From Macrostomum lignano (lineage: Eukaryota), in assembly GCA_002269645.1 (NCBI GenBank), contig NIVC01000661.1:392724-456723 (forward strand): 64,000 bases of DNA, in the 5' to 3' direction. The notes below the pieces were generated by a model. It was not told the DNA's origin. It did no database searches and was given only the letters and a program-made list of their open reading frames with translations. Numbering within the stretch: the first letter of the stretch is position 1; every line of letters begins with the position of its first letter. Positions 53,059 to 64,000 of this stretch are shown piece after piece. The position numbers and the translations under genes are program-made.

Positions 53059-55746
53059 TTTTTGTTTATGGCTGCGATTTCTTGCTAAACTAACTGCACA
53101 GGTCAGGTGTGCCAACTGGTTGACATGCATTTGAATGTTTGACAACTAAGTTCTTATTGAATGTCAACTTCACAGAGCTGGGGATTAGAAATAGAAATTT
53201 GTGTATTCCATTCTTTGTTGGCTCCCCAACAGGGGCGCTAACTGCTAGTTCACTTTTCTAATAAATTATTTTTGTTGTCATTCACTCTAAATTGACTTAG
53301 GCCTTGTAAATGCTAGCATAGTTCATTAAAAGTGACTTTAAGTATGCACTAAATTCATATCTATCCTTAATATGTGCATAAAATATGAATTAATTCTCAG
53401 AAAAAAACAATACAGAAAGATAATTTAATGTTGGGATTCCTTGCGCATAAGCCAAATGTAGCATTTTTTATATTTGGTGCTATTGCCTAATATCTCCTAA
53501 AGTCAAAGTGATACTTATAGTTAGGACCAAAAGGAAAAATTCAATTTATCACTATAATTAATCTTATATATTAGGAATTTTCTATAAGTCAGAAGTCTAG
53601 AAGCCAGTCTTATATTAGGCCAAATATATATTCTCAACTAATAAATCTAATATGATTATAAGTACTACTATCTCCCTTAATGCTCTAAGAGAGGCATGAG
53701 CAGAAAGAACCTTATGGATATCTTATAATTACGATTAAGATGGCCATGGCCAATATACAAGGCTCAGATAATTCTAATATATACAAGATCCCTTGGCAAA
53801 TTTTAGCTAAAAGCTTTAGCTATAAATGTGACTTTTGACATATAATAATAATACTTGATTACACCTTGCTGCAATTAGGCCAGATACGGCAGATATACAA
53901 CTAATAGCTTAGTTGCAACAATTGCACAACACATCTAAAGGCTACATATGGCTATTTGGTCAAAAGACATAAAGGCTTCCATATATATTTAGAAAAGTCA
54001 AAATGAAAGAAGTCAAGAAATTAAACTTTATAGACTGTCATTATAAGAAAAGTTTTATTGTAATATCTTTTATTCTATGACAATATTAATATATGATTAG
54101 TAAAACATTGTTTAATTAAGTATTGTCTGATTATTTTGGGATTTCAAAGTAAAATTAGGAATTTGAACCATTATCCCATGTATTGGTTTCTGACAAACTT
54201 GTGAAGTGTCTTTGTGTGTGTCTGGGATGTCTTTTTAAATTAGAGACATGTGTGAAACAGCTGTGCAATTTTCATTCAGAAAGAGCAAAGTGCAACAATG
54301 TAGCTTGGCTCCTCAAAAAATGACTGTATACAGTATTTGGTATATTGGAAAACATTGTAACAACATTTGCTAGGGAATATCTCAGCTTGTGAAGCATTTT
54401 TGTGTGTGTCTAGGGTGTCTTTTTAAAGCAGAGACATGCATAAAAATGTCTCAAAATTTATACTGTCTTGCATACTAAATATAAAATTTTGTTAAACATT
54501 TTCTGAACAATATCTAAATGTCTATCTATAAATGTCTGTCAGGAAACCAATATATCATTATCCCTATAATCTATCAATTGCACTTTCTAAAAGCTACAAT
54601 CACCAAAATGATATATTTGCAATTATAATTAGCCTATCTTTTGCTAGAACTAGTCACTTTCTTTTTCTGAAATATATATCTATAAAATAAAAATTCACTT
54701 TTGCCTAGGTGTCTCTTTTCTAAAATTTGCTACAACCAAATCTATTAGTATGCAAATATTATAATAAATATATAAATAAAAAATGCTAATATAGCATTAA
54801 AGTTCTTTAAGAAAATAGTGTAAGTAGCTGTTCTTATATTATTTAATTTGTTTTCATTTCATTTTTATAAAAATTTATTATAATTGACATAAGTCTACTA
54901 TACATTAGGGATATTAACTAGTTTGAACCAGTGACAAAAATACTGGTTTTTGGCCAAAGAACTGGTTCTAAAGAAACCATTTTGGTGTAGTTTTTATAGT
55001 TTTTAACAGTTGGGGCAAAATGGCAGACTCAAAAGGGCAGAGTGGCAGATTCAATACAAAAGAGAGATGCAATACTTGTATGTCATATATGTCATGTACA
55101 ATATAAATGATGGCTTTCTATAAAAAGCTTTTAATTAACTTAATTTAAGACAAAAACTTTGTTATTAACTATATTTAATTTGAAAAAAACTTCAAGTGAA
55201 TTGTTTGAGACAAAGTTTTAATACTAATAGCCTAATAAATAACTCGTGCTTTTTTGTTCTTATAAATAATTGATACTCAAACTAGTTTTTAAAAACTAGA
55301 AAACTAGTTTTCTTAAAAAATACAATTTCAAAATAGTTAACTAGTTCTCAAAAAGGTAGGCAATAAGTTTTTGGCATTCTTACTAGGGGCCTATACATTG
55401 ATATATTCCTTAATTGCTTAATAGTTTTCAAATTGATTATAATCTTTTTACTATATAACTAGGCCTAGGCATATAGACCACTTACTTAAATCCTATGATT
55501 CCTATCTAACTACTAGGGGGGGCCTAAGATAGGCCTAGTATTTGGTTATTTGGTCTAAGGCAAAAAACCCTAAAAACACAAAACATCAGCCTCTAGACTA
55601 TACATCCAATATACTTCCAAAACCCTAACATCTATAGTTTAGATTGTTTATTAGTATGCTAGGTTTAATGCAGAAAAAATGACAAGACCTCAACCTTGTT
55701 TGTATGCCAGGTTTTTATACCAATATAATAAAGTTGTCATTGACAC

Positions 55747-58713
55747 GGCTACAGGTCAAAAGGGCGACAGATCAAAAGGGCGACAGTTAAAAGGGCGACA
55801 GTCAAAAGGGCGACAGTCAAAAGGGCGACAGTTACAGTGTATTTATATTGAAAATACGAGTTCCACGTACATTAAAAGTATTTGTTAAAAGCAGTTGGAC
55901 ACGTATTGGACACACTATTAAATGTTAAAATGTGGTTTAGTGAGGTCCATTTATTTCACTAACCGCCTTCAGTAGATCATCCGCCGAGCGGTTGCCACGC
56001 CTGAATTCTCTCCAGTATTTGAAGTACTGGGCCTGCATACTTCGGTATCTGTTGCGCTGTACGCGGCGCATTACTCCTTGGGAGAGGAGCTGCACCTCTA
56101 CGGGGATCATTCACGCTTCATTGAATAGGAGCTTGATGAGCAGGTAGAATTGGATGTTTCCTCGCTGGGCTCTGTAGTTTAGAGTGCGATGCCAGCTCTC
56201 TAAGTCGTTGTTGGTCCTAACCGCCTGTTGAAGTAAAGAAAAATATATTTTTTCTGGCTGCCTAGCAGTAGCGGATTAAAAGGGGCGGCGCACAGGGCAC
56301 GCGCACCCCGTCGAGTTTGATTTTTCATTTTTTTCTATGGAAAGTACACATTTTCAGGTACATATACGTGTACACCATGATATACATAAACATGCACCTT
56401 AATTAGTACTCTGCGTCCATGTGCACTTTTACTCCTACATGTGCACTTTACTTGTACATGTACTTTTTACATGCATTGTACTGTCTTTTCCAAGTTCTCT
56501 CCAAGATTGCAATGATATTTTTCCGGGTATATAACAGAATTTTTTTCATAACTTCACCTGTCTGTATATGGAGATGTCATGGACATTCCAGATGGAGCTG
56601 GTGATCCACGTCACTTGGACATAGTCGCACAGGGCAGACAGGAGAGGTGTTAGAGTAGTCTCAACGCGGAGACGGTAAAATGTTATCGCGATATGCTGAG
56701 GTGGCAGGAAGGGGAGCGCCATCAGCTTTCGGCAGAATCGCTAAGTTCCATCATCGTCACAGTATGCTGGCTGCAAGCCTAGCTGCTGAATGTGACGCCA
56801 AACAGCCTGCGTGTAGTGGAAGACACATCCGCGAATAGATGCTTGTGGGAAGACAGTTCGGATGGCTCTCCAAACTGCAGCCTCAAAGTCAACGACAAAG
56901 CCCTCTGGTTTCACGTGCGGGACGATGGCCTTGAGTGCCTTGCATGTATACATGTAGGAAGGAATTATGACAATGGTTAGCTTTTACTTCTCATTCTTTT
57001 CATTTTACATGTACATGTATACATGTAATTTTCTTACCTCAAGTACTTGCTGGTAATCTTCGCAGCTTTTTCCAGACATGAATACAAAGGCAAGTGGGAC
57101 TTGTTTCATGCTGTCTCCATTAGAGATGAACGCGTGAATCGAATAAAGCTGCTGAAATGGCTGTCGGATGACACTGAAAGTGCCATCCATATACCACCAT
57201 GTGGCTCGTATCAACAGCAATAGCATGTCATCTGTAGCGAAGATGATGTGGCGACGGCCATTCACATGAATGTCGCTACGGAGAAAGTTGTTGGGAATGG
57301 CATTCATGTCAATGTCAAAGTCGATTGTGTCTGGCTCCTCTGGACGGTCTTTGCGCCGGTCTCGATTGGCAGCCTGTGCAAGGTTGTCAGGATTTGGCAT
57401 TCTCAGACCACTCTGAAAGTCGTTGAGCACTTGCAGCAGCTCTTCTCGTGCAATTTGAGGCGCTGACTGAAACAATTTTTGTCGCGCCTGAGTTTTAACA
57501 CGCTGTTTCAACTTCCTCTCCTCTGCTGGTCTATGAAGTGGAGGATGGTTGTGGTGACTGTGGCCTTTGGTGAAGGTGTCACCCTTTTGAACCACTGTGG
57601 CGCCACAGTGTGCTTTGCGCTGCGAGCATCGCCAGTATGTGTTGTTGCCACGAGTCCGTGAAACACCAAAGCTGTACTGACCATCCACGATTAATACATC
57701 TTTCTTCTTGTTTGAGCCATCACGAATCAGTTCAAAATCTGCAATCTCCCGGGCTGTGATCTCCCGAGGAGCTGGATCTCGAATGCTTACGCCAGTGTCT
57801 GTTGGCACACCATCCTGACTGACATCATTTCCATCCACATCCTCGCTCACATCCTCACCCTGAGTGATATCCTCATCCTCAAAAATTACCTCTACCAATG
57901 GTTGATCGGCATCCTGCTCAGGAGCATGATTGCTGACAGTGTCCTGTGGCTGTTGCTGCAGGATACTACAGTTACTGCACCTCCAGTCAAAGTTGTCCAA
58001 ATGCTGGAGAGCGCGATATTGCTCTTGTGTAATGCCGCTGTTGCATGTTCGGTGTTGCCAACGATGGCAGCCATCACACTGCAAGCCTTGCTGACGTTGG
58101 CGGACCTCATTTTCACATACTATGCATGAGTTATCCATTTTAAAGAAATCAATATGCAGCCTGCTTCCATCAGCTTTCTACGAGCATAACTACATGTAGC
58201 TATATATGCACCCAACTAAACCAAATGGCTACATGTACACACTCAAGCTCAACACGGCCCTTACCTATCCCCTTATTCCCCCAAAAAATGTACATCATTA
58301 GATCAACAATAAATAGAATTTCACAGTCCTAGTTTGGTGCCAACAAAAAACTTAAGACAGTAATTGTAAGAGAGCAGCTTTTTTAAATTCAGGCGTGGCA
58401 ACCATACTCAGCACTTATATGGTATGGTGATTTCAGTGAATGAAATATATAAACCCCACTGATCTATGTTTCAATGTACAATGTATGAGCGTACATTAAA
58501 TATTAGAACCCCATTCTAACATGCAAGTACAAATTGTCAGCACAAAAATTGTTATTGCTAAGATTCTAAGATTTTCTAAGAAACGAGGTTTCCCGTCCTT
58601 CCACTTAAGTAGTTCTTGGTCTAATACCCTGTCGCCCTTTTGACTGTCACCCTTTTAACTGTCACCCTTTTAACTGTCGCCCTTTTCATCTGTCGCCCTT
58701 TTGATCGGTTGCC
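55747..58713 (-). mobile_element. Full-length Mutator-superfamily (Phantom-like) DNA transposon, 2967 bp
   Basis: Termini GGCTACAGGTCAAAAGGGCGACAG and (reverse complement) GGCAACCGATCAAAAGGGCGACAG, each followed by 5-6 copies of a 15-bp AAAAGGGCGACAGTC unit. Identical flanking duplication ATTGACAC at 55739-55746 and 58714-58721. Encloses the transposase. Confidence 0.93.
55937..58138 (-). pseudogene. MULE transposase with N-terminal PHD finger and FLYWCH domain; two in-frame stops
   Basis: complement join(58138-57038,56938-56558,56224-55937). PHD C..C..LQCDGCHRWQHRTC..WRCSNC; FLYWCH YWRC..HC.A..HNH; catalytic region YMDGTF, VDFEAA, GCVFH, RTNNDLESWH. Premature TAG at 56741-56743 and TGA at 56111-56113. 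Confidence 0.9.
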
Positions 58714-58821
58714 ATTGACACAATGTTTCTACTGTCATGTATGCTGGGATATAGGCCAATGTATGCCAAAAATGATAAGTACTTTGTTGTATTGTACACT
58801 AGGAAAACCCAGCATACATAG

Positions 58822-59449
58822 GGTATCCAGTCAATCCAGCGACAAGACAATCCAGCAACAGACCATCCGGCGACAGCCGATCCGGCAACAGATATAAAAA
58901 TCAATGTATATCAGCATATATATGGATTAGTTGAGCTACTATTTTTAGCTCTTTATTATTACCTATTAATACTTAAATAATTAAATAACAATTACATTAA
59001 CTATACTTGTCGCAGTTATATTTTTAGAGCTGTATACAGCTGTTAATTTTCAATATGTTATTTTCAAAGACAATCAATCAATTTAATCTGCTTGGAAAGC
59101 AAGTTTCTATGACTATGATCAATATTGTTGTATGTATTGTATTTGCGACAATATTCAAGAGTCAAAGAACCAAAAAATTGCTATTCGCACAGCAACTTAT
59201 ACATGTTATTTTTAACATGTACACATAACCTGCATTTAATGTAACAAATATTGCATGGATAATATTAGTATATATAATAATAATAGTATTAATAAAAATA
59301 ATAAAAAGCTACAAATAATAGCTTAACTAATCCATATATCTCCTGATATATGTTGATTTAATATCTGTCGCTAGATCGTTTGTCGCCGGATTGACTGTCG
59401 CCAGATCGTCTGTCGCCGGATCATCTTGTCGCCGGACTGTCTGGAAGCC
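58822..59449. mobile_element. Non-autonomous MULE-type MITE, about 628 bp
   Basis: Ends GGTATCCAGTCAATCCAGCGACAAGA and (reverse complement) GGCTTCCAGACAGTCCGGCGACAAGA, with inverted arrays of about 15-bp ATCCGGCGACAG units. Flanks are CATACATAG and TATACATAG (9-bp TSD, 1 mismatch). The interior is AT-rich and non-coding. Confidence 0.85.
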
Positions 59450-59784
59450 TATACATAGGATCACATACCAAACTATGGCCCAACATCTCAACCAATTAGC
59501 CCCAATCCTAAGCATATTAATTTAGAGGCCTCAGTAATTTTTACCAAAATTATAAACATTATATAAACTAGGGCCTAAGGCCTTTAATTTCAAAAAATAA
59601 CTTTTAATATATAACTAGGCCTAGTAATATTATCCTATGAATTCCTTAGTAGGCCCTAGGCCAGCTTAATAAAATAAATAATAGACTTACTGTTAGTTTT
59701 TTAAGTAAATATATACTGCAAAGCACTCATTAAATTAGGCCTATTTATAGGGCATAGGCCTACAGCCATAGGGCTAATTTAACT

Positions 59785-60280
59785 GGCTGGTTGAACAGGA
59801 TCCAAATTAAAAAAATTAGGCAGTTGTTATTTGTCCGGTGACCAGACAAATAGTGATTTGGTTATTTGTCCAGTTATTGGATCCTGACTATGCTTTCCTA
59901 TTCATCCAGTTAATACCGGACAAATAGACATTTTGTTATTTGTCCGGTTAAATTGATAATGCTAAAATATCTAGTTCATAAAAACCACAAAGGTAAATAT
60001 TCCTAGACTTCAAAGACTTCTTAGTCATATCTTGATTATTATATTGTTATACTAGTGTTTGTCTTATACACCTAATTATGCCGAATTGAATAATATACTG
60101 CTTTGCTTAACACTCTAGTATACAAGAAAATATTAATCAGTATACGAGAATAGGTCTATTCATCACGAAACAAATAAGATACTTGCGTTAGCAATTTAAC
60201 CGGACAAATAGCAAAAAGGCTATTCGTCCGGTCACCGGACAAATAACAACTGCCAAAAAATTAAGTGGGATCAGCCAGCT
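59785..60280. mobile_element. MITE-like inverted-repeat element
   Basis: GGCAGTTGTTATTTGTCCGGTGACCAGACAAATAG at 59819 and TTATTTGTCCGGTTAAATTG at about 59937 are mirrored by CAATTTAACCGGACAAATAG...CCGGTCACCGGACAAATAACAACTGCC at 60192-60254. Exact ends and TSD are unclear. Confidence 0.7.
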
Positions 60281-62767
60281 TAGGCTTTATCAGGAATTAG
60301 AATAACTAAGGGACTTAAATTATAGGATAGGGCCTAGGCCTAAACAGAACCATTCCATTGAAATGAGTCTAAGTGCTATTTTGCTAATTAATTTAAATAG
60401 TACTAATTACTAATAAATAGGCCTAGTCTATATTAATTGCAAGGTGCGCCCAATATATTAATAGGTAGGCCTATTTTTGCCACACTTGTGAGTTGTGACT
60501 TGGTAAAAAAACAAAATAGTTACGCTCACATTCACACTACACTAAAATCAAAATTTTAGACTAAAAACCTCGTTTGACGCACTGATACTGGATACTGTAT
60601 GTTTAATCTAGGAATGTTAATGAAGCGAAAGTACACCGAAACGTGAGATTTGTAAAAAAACGTGAAGCAATAAAAATTGCTAATCAAATTTTAAATGCAG
60701 ACTATCATCTAAAACTAAGTAAATATAATAAAAGCAACAATAAGCAAAAATGCTGTCATTTTTTGCCTACAGTGTGTATATGTATTACTTGCTATATGTC
60801 TATTTTTTGTTTTATTACCAAAGAAAGAACTTGAAAGTCTGAACGTCGGAAGCATTTTAAGCCAGAAAAAATACTTTCTATGCCTTAGCCTTTAAACTTA
60901 CTTTTTCATCAGGATCCGCTATTCAGCTTGTAGGTGTATGATAATTCAGCATTCCGCCATTCAGTACATGTAGTGTACGTACTTCTACACTTCTGCTGCT
61001 GTGCAGAAGTTGAGGAACTGATAAAAAGGAAGATCACAGCAAACGTTATTAATTTAAACTTTAGTTAAACCGTAAGAACAAAAAATATATCTGAAATTTG
61101 AAGACTGAGCCTTTTATTTAGAAACAGATAGCAGTCATCATTGATTGATTTGATATACACACACATACATGCACGTACAATAAAGTTTACAAACGCAGGG
61201 AATATATGGTTAAAATAAAACACAACAGACTGCAACTTTTGTGAAGAGGAATATTACAATGAGTGAGAATACTCAGTCGATAAGCGAGAATAATACAATT
61301 ACGTAATGTACAGATAGGCAAACGTACAGACAAGTAACTTAACTGAAATTTAATGGCTTAAAAGTGATTAACAGCGAAATATTATTCATATTCATTCAGG
61401 TTCGTTCAGCTATTCTTACTAAAAGTAAACAAAACACACCGTATAGAATGAAATGTGATAAAACAGTGAAATGCTGTATTGTGAGACAGGGATTCGCCTA
61501 GTTAATGAATTTTGGGAACCCGAAAAAATATTTCAAATCATGTTTAAAGTAGCAGCGTCAAATACACAGAAGCAATCTAAGTCTTACACAACAAACATAT
61601 GGCTGATATAGCGACAGCTACTTAAAATGAAAAAAAAAGAAACTAATGTTATTATTTTTTCTTCATTACGAGCTTAAATTGCTACATTCGCTTTTACCTT
61701 CTGAAGTAGCAAACAGTATAGGGTTTTATAATAAAAGCCTGCATATACAGATTGAGCTTAGAGCAAGTGTTTTCTTAAAGCAGCGAAACGTAAAAACAAA
61801 CAAATTTAGGAATAAGAAAACTTTGTTAGTAATTGTTAGAATCTGTGGCGGCGCTTAAATTAATAATATTTAGTATACTATTATAAGTAGTATGTAGCAA
61901 CTATTTGATATAGTAAATATATCGTGCTAAGCAAACTACAAAAAACTTGGTGCAAATCACTCGGCCATTGAAGTTAATAGCAAAACTATTAAGATCTCTA
62001 AAACGATTGTTACAAACAAAAATAATTAAATGAAATACAACACAGTTTAGTAACAGAAAAAATACTAAACAAAAGATTTGGTCGATTTGCAGTCTCGCTA
62101 AACTTGAAGGCACAAACACTCAAGTTATTGTGCAATGTACTTGTAAAACAGTAGTATTAACATATAGCATTGTGTTATTAGATTGCATGGGGTAAGCCAA
62201 ACAAAGTAATAATTATTTGCAAAAATTGCTTATGATTGTTGCAATTGATGCAACATGAAAGATCTTGAATAAATAAATCTGTAATGTTTATATAAATAAG
62301 GTTTAATTACATCTCGCTATCTACACAGTTTAGTAATCATATAAAGAGTTTCTCAATCAGGAATTACCAATAAACCTTAATAACTAAAACGAAACTATTC
62401 AGGCCAAATGGTTGAAATATTCCAGTTTTAAATGAGAAACTTTGTTAATAAAAAGTGTGGCTTAGTGGTGACACAGACTTGTTAAATATCAACACAAATT
62501 TCAGATTGAAACAAAAAACATAGATATGCTTATGCTTCCTTGTACGCGTGCTATTCTGGCTACTGTTAGTAGGCTAGTGGGCAAAGAAAACCACAGTTTA
62601 AACATTAACCATCCCTTTTTAGACCATAGGCAATGGAATTTGGAGATTTAACTACCCTAATTATTTAAGCTATTTGGTCTTGGCCACTAAAATTATATCG
62701 GGGACTTTCTAACAAACTCGAAACTTTGCAAATTACCATTGTTGACAAGTATTTTCTCATCTACAAT

Positions 62768-64000
62768 TTAAATCCTCAAACCACTACCGACATCATCTTG
62801 CTCTTCATCCTCCCGGTCATCCTCTTCTTCGTCTGTGTCTTCAACATCTTCGGGCGCTCCGCCCTGAATGGAGGCTTCGGCCACCGCAACTACGCCGCCG
62901 CCGCCACCGCCGCCGACGACACGATGATAATGGTGCAGCGGCGGCAGCTGCGGCGCCTGCGGTTGCTGGGCGGCCAGCTGGGCTACATTCAAATCGCAGC
63001 AGTGCACGGCCGGGCCGCTGTCGGCCAGGTACACCCTGTCCGGGGCTACTCCGCACAGGGCGTTCACCTTGTCTGAATGGGCGAAGGAGCCACCAGACCA
63101 GTCGGAGTCCAGATTCCACAGAAAGCAGTCGCAGTCGTTGCCACCGGAGAGCAGCAGGTGGCCGGGCAGGCACAGCAGGGCGCTTACGGCCGCTGTGTGG
63201 CCGTAGAGACTCTCCGCGTGCTGCAGGTGCCGGCCTGAGTGATGAAGTTGATCCGATTGGGGGCACCGATTAAGAGGACAAAAGAACAGCAAAAAATATT
63301 GATAAAAAGGCGGCACATCAAAGAACCCAATTAAAGAGAGATGGCACATCAAAGAACGCAATAAAATATGGCGGCTCATGAAAGAACCCACTTAAACAAA
63401 GGTGGCACATCGAAGAACCCGAATTAAAGGACCCTAAGGAACCCAATTAAAGAGCTAAGGCGGCATATCAAAGAACCCAATTAGACAGAGGCGGCACATC
63501 AAAGAACTCAATTAGAGAGGCCGCACATCAAAGAACCCAATTAAAGGGAGGTGGCACATCAAAGAACCCAATTAAAGGGAGGCGGCACATCAAAGAACCC
63601 AATTAAAGAGAAGCGGCACATCAAAGAACCCAATTAAAGGGAGGCGGCACATCAAAGAACCCAATTAAAGAGAAGCGGCACATCAAAGAACCCAATTAAA
63701 GGGAGGCGGCACATCAAAGAACCCAATAAAGAGAGGCGACGCATCAAACACCCCAATAAAGAGAGGCGACGCATCAAACACCCCAATTAACGAGAGGCGA
63801 CACATCAAAGAACCCAATTAAACAAAGTCGGCACATGAAACAACCAAGATAGCAAACACACGGTCTCAAGCAGCATTACCCCCGGCGCTGAACAGCTCAA
63901 CAGATCCATTCTCTAAGCCGGCCGCAGCGTACAGGCCATCGGGCGTGGCTGCCAGGCAGTGGATCAAAGGCTGCGATGCCTGCACCTGTCCAGCGGCCGC
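62768..64000 (-). CDS. WD40-repeat protein, WDR53-like (last two exons; gene continues beyond window)
   Basis: complement join(>64000-63880,63234-62768), phase 1. Reads LIHCLAATPDGLYAAAGLENGSVELF, GHTAAVSALLCLPGHLLLSGGND..FLWN, HSDKVNAL..VYLAD..V..DLN (compare WDR53 GHTSGVSQVCFLP..LLLTGGND, HGEKVNWL..ILVADQ), with an acidic tail. Confidence 0.8.
63290..63835. repeat. 31-bp minisatellite AAAGAACCCAATTAAAGGGAGGCGGCACATC
   Basis: Read directly. Intron of the WD40 gene. Confidence 0.94.

Noticed and set aside
54190-54450. Twice-repeated F.HVS.LKRH motif on the minus strand suggesting decayed C2H2 fingers
   Set aside because: Cys and His spacing is not convincing and the frames are broken. Only an approximately 60-bp duplication is supported.
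63993-64000. Window ends in a NotI site (GCGGCCGC)
   Set aside because: It lies in frame within a GC-rich WD40 exon and no vector sequence is visible.

Overview
Eukaryotic animal genomic DNA with GT-AG introns. The compact GC-rich exons, poly-Gln/Ala tracts and minisatellite-filled introns suggest an invertebrate, possibly a Macrostomum-like flatworm; this is inference only. Five intron-containing genes could be assembled by hand with consistent exon phases. Two are tandem SLC17/VGLUT-type vesicular glutamate transporter genes on + (a 5'-truncated, divergent copy at <352-4064 and a complete canonical copy at 6482-26347). Three are on -: an RBM24/RBM38 (SUP-12)-like RRM gene (28135-32316), a LARP1-like gene (36585-53058) and the 3' end of a WDR53-like WD40 gene (62768->64000). 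Mobile DNA includes a complete 2967-bp Mutator/Phantom-like transposon (PHD + FLYWCH + MULE, TIRs, TSD, two premature stops), two adjacent MITE-like elements, a Crypton-type tyrosine recombinase relic, three LINE fragments and a tRNA-derived SINE. About 29 unrelated tandem-repeat arrays explain most long ORFs in the supplied track. I found no CRISPR, rRNA or functional tRNA. All assignments rest on manual translation and remembered family motifs; no database searches were run.
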